Of a stretch of DNA of 64,000 bases, positions 49,710 through 61,158 are shown piece after piece (position 1 is the stretch's first letter; the number at the start of each line of letters is the position of its first letter). The stretch covers positions 186,001 through 250,000 of the forward strand of contig CDMY01000635.1 of NCBI GenBank assembly GCA_001179505.1, given 5' to 3'. The translations under genes were made by a program, and so were the position numbers. This DNA comes from Vitrella brassicaformis CCMP3155 (Eukaryota > Protista > Chromerida). The notes under the pieces were generated by a model. The model was not told the DNA's origin. It made no database searches and saw only the letters and a list, made by a program, of their open reading frames with translations.

Positions 49710-51855
49710 ATGTTTTCGAGGCCGCCAAGCGCCAAGCCGAAGCTGTATAAGGAGAAGTTGCGAGGCCACCGCCATGCCGTCGTGTATCTCTCCAAGCCAG
49801 ATGGAGCAGAAGGACGTAGGCAAAGACAAGACACTGTCACGGCGATGCGTGTATTGGCTGCCATGGCGACTGCCCTTGTGCTTCAGCTTTTCTCCTGTCC
49901 ATGGCAGCCGACGGCACACTCAGGCTATGGAACCTGCCCAAGAAGACAATGGCCAAGAAGCTGGATCTATCGCTATTGCCGGATGAGGAGGGAGAGGAAG
50001 CCGGGAGGCCCATGGCGGCTGCTGCTGTCACAATCGGGGCAAAGAGGAGGAGCCATTTGTGTGTACTGAGCTATCAACTGACCTTCGCTCTGCAACGGGC
50101 CTTCGGCGGCACGTCTGAGGGAACGATTATCCAGTGGAACCTCGAGGCAAGGATGACGAGAGAGGCAAGAGGGAGACACACATTGGTGTCTGCTTTGTTG
50201 TCATGTGTCAGAGCGGCGCTTTCATTGGTGAGTACGGCGGCCACACAAGCGGGGATGCAGTCACGGCGCTTGAGATCATCGAGCCGGACTCGTCCAAGGC
50301 TGGTGTCGAGGGCCCCAACAAAGGTGGGCGTATCTCGGAAACGACTGAGCCTGGCACTGTTGGCGCGCCTTTTCATTGCAGGCAAGATATCCTCGCTGCT
50401 CAAGACGAAGGGTCGTCTCGTCAGCGGCTCGCTCGATGGCTGTGTCCGTCTCTGGGATCTGGACGTCAAGCTGCGTCCACAGACGACGGACGCGGCCAGA
50501 CCACCGCAGCCGGAGACACAGGGAGCTGATGAAGAGGTCAGCAAAGAGACAAGCATGATGGGTCGATGCCATATCTTCTATGTCTCACAAATAGGAAATG
50601 GGGGAGGAGGCCCCGCAGGCAGCCAGTGCTGCAGGAGACTCCTCAGTCGCCCTCTCAGAAGCTCTCGACGTGACGCCAGTGTGCACTCATGTGCTGCGTC
50701 TCGCCACCCCAGTGAGCGTGGTGACGTTCAGTCCTTCCCCAGGCACCTGGCTCGGGCAGGGACCGAGAGGTGTGCTGATGGTGGGGTGCTGGGACGGGTG
50801 TCTCCGTGCTATTGACCTCGGCGGGCTGACGTGCAAAGTCACGAGGAGCCTTGTGGCTGCTCCGTTTGGCCCCGAGCCCTTCCTACCGCATCCACCGACA
50901 ACTCCTCTTACGTACAATGTCGTGTCTGACATCGGTGAAGCAGGTACGTAGCTAGGCGCACTCATGGACGAGAATGAGATTGATTGAGGTGTATTTCTCT
51001 ACCTTCAGCCGTGACGAGTCTGTGGGTGTTCGACGAAAATGCACCGCCCAGCGTAAGGCGTTCAGGCAGGCCACAGTCAGGGCCAGAGAATACATTAGAG
51101 CTAACGGTTCATTCACGTGCTCTGCCAGGACGGGGTATCACCTGCTCCAACGTCGCCGAGACAGGCGGCTGCGTCCCCGAGTGGCCTGGACAGGGGATTC
51201 GCTGGGCTCTCCGATGGACGAATCTGCAAATGGGTACTCGTGGTGAGCCTTCACTCAATGCAAAAATGGAAGAGAACATGCTGTCCGTCACACTGGGCCA
51301 TCAGGATCCATCGCTGACGGGCAAGGAGGCTGCAAAGGTGGCGGCGGCTCTGGAGGGCTTCGAGCACTCGTGGCAGGCCCACAGCGACGCCGTCACTCAC
51401 CTGGTCGTCTACGGCCGCGAGATCTACAGCGCCTCTGAAGACGGGACCATCAAGGTGTGGGACACCAAGAGTCGCCGGCTGCTGGACGACCTGCATGGGC
51501 ATGACGGCGGCATCCTCAGGATGGCCTTCAGCGACACGCTGCTCTACACGGCATCGAGAGACGCCTCAATTCGGTCGTGGGACCTGGAGGAGATGAAAAT
51601 GCGGATACGTGAGAGGGAGGAGTGCAGGGAAAACGAACTCTTCAGTCGACGGCGGGAGATCATTGACGAGCTCGAGAGCAAGTAGGACAGAGACGCGTGT
51701 GGCAGGATGATGAGACATGACTTGAATGGTGTGTTGGTTGACTTGCTTTGTTGTGGCTGCCTGCCTGCCTGCCTGCCTGCAGGAAGAAGAAGCCCAAGAA
51801 AGGCGGGGGCAAGAAGGCGGGCGGCAAGGCCAAGGGAAAGGGCAAGAAAAAGTGA
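49710..51855 (+). CDS. WD40-repeat protein with Lys/Gly-rich C-terminal tail
   Basis: GH...WD/WN repeats: LRGHRHAV, ADGTLRLWN, SGSLDGCVRLWD, AHSDAVTHL...SASEDGTIKVWD, GHDGGI...SRDASIRSWD. Tail KKKPKKGGGKKAGGKAKGKGKKK*. Confidence 0.88.
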
Positions 51856-51992
51856 CCTGACCACTAGTGGTTTGGCGGATAAGAATGTGTACACATACAT
51901 ACAAGTACTGTACATGCATCTTGATTGAGACATATACATGTATACAGCTCGCCAATCAACACACCTTTGGCTGCTTTTCGTCCTCAAGCACG

Positions 51993-52710
51993 ATGAAGCT
52001 GTTGTTCGCTTGTCTGTTGGCTCTGTCCATGCTGGGTGGCTCCCTGGCTTTGCTGCCCAAACGACACACGCAAGTCAACAGTCGCTTCTGGTTTGAGCGA
52101 CAGGGAGAGTATGAGACGTACGCCATCCTCCTCGACCATGTCCCGGCGACCGTCAGAGACTCAGACATCTATCCATCATTCGTCGGTGAGCGAAGGAGAC
52201 AAAAGATGACATGCGCACCATTGCTTGCGTTTATATGTGTGGTTCAGGCTACAATGCTGTTGGCGATTTCCTTTACCTCAACCTGCGACTCGCCTATCCA
52301 GTCAGGCGATTGCTTGCCCTCATGACATCCATCAAAGTCACGGACTTGTACGAGACGCAATTAAGAGGAGACTCTCTTTCTGCTCACAGCCACGAAGCAT
52401 CTCATCAATGCGCGTGTGTGGTTTGTGTGTGTCGATGCGATGCAGCACGGTTAAGCTGCTGCACCCCGTCAAGTTTCATTGCGTGCCGTCAGTGCAGATG
52501 AACAACCAGGGGGAAGGCAAGTGGTACATCACTGTGTCATTGCCCATCATGGATGTCGCCCCATCCGCAGGTCCGCACTCACACCAGTCGATGCTGCTCT
52601 GTCTTCTGCCCTTTCACGTGTGTGTGTGTGTGTGTGTGTCAACAGGGGTGCAACCGTCCGTGAAAGAGCTCCGGCCCGCCAGCTTATCGGTCAAGTATCT
52701 CAACTCGTGA
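51993..52710 (+). CDS. Small signal-peptide protein, possible HSP20/CS-like beta-sandwich
   Basis: MKLLFACLLALSMLGGSLA signal peptide and four spliced exons. Weak by-eye likeness to alpha-crystallin strands. Confidence 0.5.
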
Positions 52711-53041
52711 GTGACACAGAGAGAGAGAGAGAGAGAGAGGATGGTTCATTTTCTGTGTGAATGATTGTTCATTTTCTGTCCCTCAGTGAGGCATATGGAA
52801 GTCTGCTGACAGAGAAGGTCGGCAGCTTTGCCGCACTCGGCAAATGAGAACGACGCTGAATGCACGCTGCAACAGTCGAAGCTTCACCACTCACAAACAG
52901 TTTGACAGACTTGAGATGACACTCATGTGAGGACGTCTCACCAACAAACGTCACGGCACATAAATGCACATTTGTACTCAAAAAACTTCAACAAAACCAC
53001 CCAGAAGCACCGGACCGACACTCGTATCTACACACCCGCCC

Positions 53042-53839
53042 TCACTGCTGCTTCTTGCTCTCAGCTGGGGTCTGTTGTTCCTCTGCCACATCGCCCTTCT
53101 GCGCTTCACTGGCCGCCTTCTTGCGCTCGGTGAGTTCGATCTCGTTCTTGGCCGGGGCGCTTGGCTTCGGCAGTGCCGACTGAGGGGGCGGGGGCTTCTC
53201 CTCATGACCGCCCTCCTCAAGTTTCTCGATCTCGTGCCAGAAGTAGCTGAATGTGGATGCGATGCGCCAAATGATCATCCACAAGGTGCCTGCAGGCAGA
53301 CAAGTGCAACACCTGGATATAAGGGAGCATGTGTGTGTCCTTCAGCGTGCGGCGTGCGCACATGCGAAAAGGCAGATCCACCAGTTCCTCTCAATCCGCC
53401 ATTCCTTGCCTCTGTACCTGTCATCGAACTCGACAGGCAGACCTGACACACAACACACACACGCACGCACACACGCATGAACATGGAAAGAGCGGCCATG
53501 CACGTCGGGCTCACCCGCCCTCCCGTACATCTGGTCCTTGCTCCTATCCTGGATCTTCGACAACGCATACGAGCGCGCGGCAAAGCTTAAGATCGTCACG
53601 AAGAGCTGCATGTAGCCACAACAGGACGCACAGACAAACAGACACCAGAAGGATGAATAGCAAGATCCGTGTGTGGTGCCGCTTACAAAGAAGTGGATGA
53701 CGGAAAAACGGAAGCCTCCGATGGACATCGACACGTGCCCGAGCCAGACCGCCATCCTCTGCAGTCGGCGGATGCCACACAACAGCAGTACCAAAATGAC
53801 ACCGCCGATGGGAAGAACGAAGTACGCCTCAAACTTCAT
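53042..53839 (-). CDS. BAP29/BAP31-family ER membrane protein
   Basis: Three hydrophobic helices; WRIERNWWICLFACTLWMIIWR matches the family FRAQRNxYIxGFxLxL motif; charged C-terminal tail. Confidence 0.72.
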
Positions 53840-53911
53840 CTGGCCTGATCTCCCTGCCTGCCTCCCTGCCTCGATTCTTCTCTCTCTTCCGCCTCCAACG
53901 ACTTCCTCGGC

Positions 53912-53920
53912 TGCGAGCTT
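53912..53920. promoter_or_regulatory. TGCGAGCTT motif in the BAP31/tricorn divergent promoter (partial copy CGAGCTTAGAA at 53946-53956)
   Basis: Read directly (tcggctgcgagcttagaa ... gccgagcttagaa). Confidence 0.55.
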
Positions 53921-54220
53921 AGAAGTGGAAAAGGCCGAGTGACGCCGAGCTTAGAAATCAAACCCATAACCGACCGACCGACCGTAACGTGCGCCAAGGT
54001 ATCCATGAACAGACAGACAGATCTTTCCCTGTGATAGGATACAGATCTATCTGACTCGCGCTACTGAGCAGATCTTCGACAAGTGTCGATGCATGCATGC
54101 TTCGCTTGCTGCATCTGGCATCTGGTGATCCCCTTTGAGATAACCCAAGCCTTCTCGTCGCCCTCATTCATCCATCGGAGATCGTCATCCCTCCCCAGGC
54201 GCCCGTCATCTAACAGGGAG

Positions 54221-57200
54221 ATGATGGCCGCCGCCTCACCGTCTGTCGAGGAGCAGTTCTCGAGGCTCTCTTTGCAAGGTCAGCAGCCGTCCCAAGACCA
54301 CGCAGATGAGGGAGTCCTCGGCTACTATTCGATGCCCACTCTTCACGGCGACAAAGTCATCTTTGTCTGTGAGGATGACCTCTGGCGAGGCACTGTCAGC
54401 GGTAGCCCTCGATGGTCACCACCGCATCGGTTGACATCCGGCCTGCAGTGCTCCTTCCCGCTGCTGAGCCCTGACGGCAAGACGGTGGCCTTCAGTGCCG
54501 AGGTGGGCGACAAGGGAGCCACGGAGGTCTTCACCATGGCCAGCAGTGGGGGGGCTATCAACCGACTGACTCATTTCGGTACCCACGCACTTAGAACAGC
54601 AGAATCGTACGAGCCATCCATCCATCTATCGAGTGTCTGTTCTGTGTCCTAGGTTCGTACGCCGCTCCCGTCGCGTGGCAGCTTGACGGCAAGAGCGTCA
54701 TCGTCACATCGACCTACGAGCAGATCAACTCCTACCACCAACACCTGTTCCGCGTCGCCGTTCCCACAGCCGACACCGACCCGACCTCGGCCCACCCCCA
54801 CCCCCTTCCTCTCAGTCTCGGCCTCGCCGACTCATGTGCTTTCGCGACCACCGGCAACGGCACACAGGATCCCTCCTCTGCTGTGCCAAGGTTGCTTGGC
54901 CGGCACACGAGTGACCCCCACATCAGTCAGTTCAAGGGCTACAAGGGAGGTGCCTCAGGAGTCATCTGGATCGACCCGCAGGGCGATGGCGAATATGCCA
55001 AGCTGGAGCTGAGGCGTCGTGGTGGTGGTGGTGGTGATAGCGAGGAGTCTCGAGAGGGCGTGAGCGTGGGGAGCCCCATGTGGTTGGGGGATAGGGTGGT
55101 GTTTGTGGCTGAGGACCTGCAGATGAAGCCCTATGTGGATGGGGACACTGCTGCGGGGGCGGGGGCGTGTGCCAACATCTTCAGCTGCAGCCTGCAGGGG
55201 GACGACGTCCGACGACACACGTTCCAAAAGTAGGCCTGTGGAACGAAACACCGAATGTATGGGACTTCTCTAGCCAGTACATCCATCGTGTGCTGGCGGG
55301 TCAGGGACCACTATGTGCGCAACCCCACCCTTGAGAGCGGCCCGGGGGCCCATCGGGTGGTTTATCATGCGGGCGGAGATCTCTTTGTGCTCGACCTGGG
55401 ACAAGACTGCCGCAGCGGTAGGCACAGATGGATACCCACCTCACCTGTGAGATTCTTCGCTGCATGTCTGTCTGCCTGTCTGTCTGTCTGTCTGTCAGTG
55501 TCAGCACCTGTCCACCTGGATTATCGGCTGTGGACGGCCCGTACCAAGCGTCAACCGCGCATCGTCCAGCCATCCGACTATCTAGAGGAATACTGCATAC
55601 ACCCGAAAGTAGCCAGCCGGGAGAGGAACGACCAACCGACCAACAAACACGACGTCGCTGTTTGGTTTCGTTCGTTCAGGGTCACCACATAGGCGTGATA
55701 GCCCGTGGTCAGCCATTTGAGATGGCTCTCTGGGAGGGACCCGCACTCCCTCTGAACCTCTCGTCGCTGCACAGGTATACTATACACCGACGTAGCTGCT
55801 CGCTACTACCCGGTCGATAGATAGGTTCCTTCCTTCAGTTATGGATCTGTCCCGTTTTGTTTTGTGTTGCCTGCCTGCCAGATGTTACGGTGCCCATTAC
55901 CTGAGCGACGGTCGCCTGGCCACCTTTTGCCTGCCACCAGACGGACCCATCCAACTCATGGTCAGTCGGTGCCGCATGTCCACGCGTGCACAGAGTCACA
56001 CAACAGCCAGTCGTCTGTTTCTTTGCTGCCTGCATCCCCTGCATCCATCTGTCAGGTTCGTTCCATGGCCGAACGCGACCCTAATGAGTGGCTGAGGGCG
56101 CTGGCAGAGGAGGAGATGCAAGAGAGCCAGGGTCAGCCGAGGGTCGAGCCCTACATTTCCGATCTCCTGCAGCCCGCCGACGCACCACCCCTCCTTCCAG
56201 TCGACCTCAGCTGGGCCGACGGCAGCACCGACCCTGTGGATGTGGGCCTGCCAGAGGATGTCGAGTCGTCGCCCACCAGCTCGTGCATTGCAATGGTCAA
56301 CCATCGCCTGGAGCTGCTGCTCATCACACTGGACGATACTGACAAGCCGCAAAGGGAGAAGGGCAAAGGCAGGGGAAAAAGTGGTAGAGATGGGGGCGGC
56401 CGTGAGTCGTGGGATGCGTGTGCGTCCCGTCGGATAGCGAGCGGCGGCGTGACCGGCAGGGTGACTGTGGTGTGCCGTGGGGAGCATGAGGGCGGCATAG
56501 GGGGCCTGGCATGGAGCCCCGACGGACAGTGGCTGGCATTCGCATATATGGTCAGCAAGTGCCAGTGAAGCGATCATTGCACCTGCCTGCGTCGGTTGGT
56601 TGGTCTGTACGTCCCGTGTACGTGTGTACGTGTGTGTCAGTCGTCGGCTGAGGCGTCCGTCATCCGGCTGTACCACGTGCCCACGGGGCAGCTGGCTGAC
56701 GTGACCAAGCCGCGGTTCAAGGACTTCTCACCCGCATTCGACCGAGGCGGCCGCTACCTCTACTTCTTATCCAACCGGGCCTTCATCACACGAGAGGTAG
56801 GTACCCAACCAAACAGCGTCCTTCTTGCCTGCCATTTGTGTGCTGATGTGATGTGTGTAGGATGAGGTGCATTTCGACCTGGGATTTGCGGGCTCCATCC
56901 GTCCGTATGCGGTGACACTGCAGCGCTCGACGCCCAGCCCGCTGAAGCGCCTCCCGACCGCACCAGCAGACGACCACGACGAGGAGGAGGAAGAATCGGA
57001 AGACGAAGACGAAGACGAAGAGGAATCGGAGGACGATGACAGCGACGACGAGGTGGGCCGATCGGTGGGAATGCGAGATAGAGAGAGAGAGAGAGAGACA
57101 CAGCGCAGGTCTGATCTGTGTTGTCTTCTTTCTTTGTGGTGTGTGCCACAGGATGGTGATGAGGGTGAGGAGGATAAGTCTGCGCCTCCCCCCGTGCTGA

Positions 57201-58243
57201 TCGACCTCGACGGCATCCACCGGCGGATACTCGAATTCCCCCTGCCTGCAGGCGACTACAGACAGGTAGGTGCTGCCACCCACCTCACCTCGTGCGTCGC
57301 GCCTGCACCTGCGTGTCCGTGTGTGTGAATGCTTGGGTCGCATCGCATTCATGCATTGCAATGCAGGTGGACAGTCTGGCCGCTGAGGGCTCTAGCGTCC
57401 GTCGCGGCGGGATAGTCTTTGTGCGTCGTCACCTCAAGGGCGGGCGGAAGGCCGATGTGCGCGAGGGGCCTCAGGAGGAAGAACAAGAGGGCAAGGGACA
57501 CCTCTTCAGGTCAGGCAGTAGCGACCCGACGGACCGACGGGAGAGAGAGAGAGAGAGAGAGAGCTCTCATAATATTATGCATTCACACATGTGTCGTGCG
57601 TGTCTTTGTGCGCTGTGTGTCTGTGCAGTTTCGACTTCAGCCGTATGAAGGAGCGGAAGCTGGCCGACGATGTGGACTCATTCCAAGTGTCACACGACGG
57701 ACGGGTATGACTCACACACAGATCAGCAACACACCGGAAAGGTACCCTGCATGGCTCTCTCTGGACTCTTCAGACCACCGCCCTGCTGTGTGAAGAAGAC
57801 GACGAGACCACACTGCGCGTCTATGAAACCGGTGAGTGGCCCGGCCGTTAATTGGGGGGTCCTGCATGTGTGCTGGTGTGTGTGCAGGTGTCAAGCCCAG
57901 CGAGGAGGACAGCGACGGTGAGGACATCGACGAGGACCAGCCGGGGAGGGAGTCGGGACTCATCGATATCGACGGCAGGATCACTCTCGAGGTCGGCAGG
58001 GAGGGGAGGGAAGGGGAGGGATGGGATGGGTGCTGCCACCATTGGATGGATGGATGGATGGATGGGCGTGTGGTGTGCAGGTGACCCCAGCGGACGAGTG
58101 GGTGCAGATGTTTGCCGAGACCTGGCGGCGGCTGGGGGAGTTCTTCTTCGACAAACACATGGGCGGACTCAACTGGAACAGAATCAAACACAAGTAGGCA
58201 TGGCATGGCATGCACAACGTCCTCACTCACACCGCCCTACCCA

Positions 58244-58275
<32 letters not shown>

Positions 58276-60562
58276 GGGGTGTGTGTGTGTGTATGTGTGT
58301 GTGTAGGTATTGGCCGCTGTTGGGTCGGCTCGGCTGTCGTCGAGAGCTGACTGACGTGATAGAGGAGATGATAAGCGAGCTGGGTGTGGGGCACACGTGG
58401 ACATACGGCAGGGGAGACGATACCGAACACAAACAGCTCCAGCACGACGACGACGCACAGGGGTTTCTCGGCGCTGACTTCGACTGGTCTGAGGAAGCGC
58501 AGGCATACCGAATCACACACATGGTATGGCTGTCTGTCTCACGGACAGGCGGATGCTCATTTCCTTCCTCTGCGCTGCGCTGCGCTGCGTGTGGTGAATG
58601 GTATGCTTTGCTGGCAGGTGTGTGGCGACGCGTGGGACGCCTGTGGGGGCGGTCCCCTGTCGGCAGTGGGTGTTGGTGAGGTCAAGGAGGGCGACTACGT
58701 CGTGGCCATCGATGGCCGCCGCCTGTCTCGACACATCACCCCACAACACACACTCAGAGACAGAGCTGGCAAAGAGGTACACACGTACAACCGGACGGAC
58801 ACACGCCCACGCATATATCAACGCCTGCCTCTTCTGCACTGCACGCGTCAGGTGTACGTGACCATTGTGCCTTCCCGCGACCTCCCCGCCTATCTGGCGT
58901 GGAAGAGCGCCGACACTCCTTCCTCTCCCTCTCCGCCCACAGCCCCACCCCCACCGGCCGCAGCTGACCGCCGGAAGGACAGGGAGAGGGCCAGCAGCAA
59001 GGATAAGGACAAGGGCGGCGGCAAAGGCAGCAAGGGCGGTGGCACCACAGGGTTCCTGACCAAGCGGCGAGACAAGAAGCGGCAAGGCGGCGGGAAGGGG
59101 CACAAGCACAAGGGCGGAGGAGGAGATGACGGTAGGGGAGGTGGTGGTGGTGGTGGTGGGAGCCGAATTGAGATGCAGATGCTCCACCCGCCGTGGCGCA
59201 CGTGAGTCACGGCTTTCTCTGACTATCTACTCACTCTGTGTGCGGCACCTGGTGAGTCGATGTGTTTGTTGTGTGTGTGTGTCGGTTTGTGTGTTGCAGA
59301 GTGCGCGTCAAGGCTGTGGGTGTGGAGTGCGACCGTGTGGGTCGGTGCAGGGACTGGGTGGAGAAGAACGGAAACACCGTGCACACACGAACCAATGGAC
59401 GAGTCGGTGAGCTGCCTGACCAGACAGACCATGTTGGCGTCTATGCCATCCATGGCCATATGTGACTCTATACCTCTCTGTGTGCCGATATGTAGGTTAC
59501 GTGCGGGTGCCCGACACAGAGAGGCTGGGGTTTGCCGAGTTCCACCGGTAGGCGGCAGACAGACAGACATCAATCACACACCACACCACACCACACACAA
59601 CCTCCCCTTCCCTCCCTGTCTCAGCTACTATCTGGTGGAGTGCCAGCGAGACGCCCTCATCGTCGATGGTACCCGCCCACCCCCCCCCACACACACACGA
59701 ACACAAAAAGCACCGCCCATCTGTCTGCTCCTGCTCTCCTCTGCTCTCTCTCTGCAAGCAGTTCGTGGCAACCTAGGTGGCTACTCGTCCGAGTTGATGC
59801 TGGAGAAGCTGCAGCGGCGCCACCTGGGGTACAACGCCCCCCGTCAGGGGCGGGGCGTCCCCACATCCTACCCCCGCCACTCGGTCGACGGCCCCATGGT
59901 CATGCTGGCAGACGAGAACGCCGGCAGCGACGCCGACGTCTGGTGCCACACATTCAAACTACTCAAGCTCGGACCACTGGTGGGGTGGGAGCGACAGACA
60001 CTGGGAGACGGACGAATGGCACCGCGCCATGCCATGGAAAACACGCGTCAACTAACTGAACTGCATGGTGTGTGTGAGTCAGGTTGGCAAGCGAACATGG
60101 GGCAGTGTGGTGTCGGTCGGTCCGTGTGACGTTGACCTGGTTGACGGCGGCACCGTGGCGGTGCCGTATGAGCACTACTTCACACACGACGTCGGCTTCG
60201 GCCTCGAAAACTGGGGGGTCGATCCGGACGTCACCGTCGAATACGCACCACAGCACTACGTATGTCCGTGTTGTGGCTACAGGACAGGATGGGATGGACG
60301 CCTTGGTGATGTGTAAGAGCACTTTTGTTGATATCTGTGTGTGGGTGTCTGTGTGAGGCAGCGGTCAGGCGTCGACCCGCAGCTTGACCGTGCTATCGAG
60401 ATGGCCATGAAGCTGCTAGACAAGGGGGACGAGGAGAGGCAGAACGTGAGAGCTCGGCTGCGAGAGTTCCCCCCCAACCCCCGGGCAGCCGTCATGTTTC
60501 CCCCGGGGGACGGAGGTGACCCCCCGTCCACACAGCAAGACAAGGACGGACGACTGATGTGA
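54221..60562 (+). CDS. Tricorn protease homolog (peptidase S41: beta-propellers, C1, PDZ, C2), with many spliceosomal introns
   Basis: GYYSMPTLHGDKVIFVCEDDLW, SPDGKTVAF, FKGYKGGASGVIW, WSPDGQWLAF, PAFDRGGRYLYFLSNR, EWVQMFAETWR, ELGVGHT, GFLGADF, EGDYVVAIDG, GYVRVPD, IVDVRGNLGG, DENAGSD, VGKRTWG, LENWGVDPD, DPQLDRAI. Confidence 0.93.
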
Positions 60563-61158
60563 CTGAATGATGGATGGCGCTAGAAATGACGTCTAAGCTA
60601 GGCTGGCTGTGCGTCTGTGGTTATGTGTGCGTGTCCGTGTGCGTGTGGATGGTGTGCGTTGGTTTCGTAGGGGAAGTGGATGTGCGTGTGTGATGCGACT
60701 CGTATCGCTTGGTGCATTAGGATCGACTCTCTCCTTACATGTCACTGAGTCACAGATGTCTCTCTCCATCGCACAGCAGCAGAGTGGAATGCGACAAATG
60801 GGTCCGCGTGAGTGACTGACTGTGATTGACGGCACCAATCGGTGAGTCGATCGGGCCGTCAATCGGTCAGCCAGCCCCGCACACACACTGGTGGCACGCC
60901 GCCTAATCTATCGGATCGGCTGCCTCATCAATGGCCTCCCTCGGACATCCTATCATCTCTACCTACACCATTCCATACCATTGGATACCGTATTGACCAT
61001 AGCATCCAGCTGAGCTGAGCTGTACATATCCATCGATCGCTGCACACTCTCTACAGCAGCCAGCCAGCCAGCACCACACGCATGGCATGCAATGCAGCCC
61101 ATCCGTCTTAAGTGGGTGGATACAAGACACGTGTCTAGCTAAGCTGTTCTATCCTGCA

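Noticed and set aside
54221-60562. Tricorn (or GH36) as bacterial contamination or a misassembled prokaryotic insert
   Set aside because: Both are interrupted by many host-style microsatellite-containing GT-AG introns and share promoter motifs with eukaryotic neighbours.
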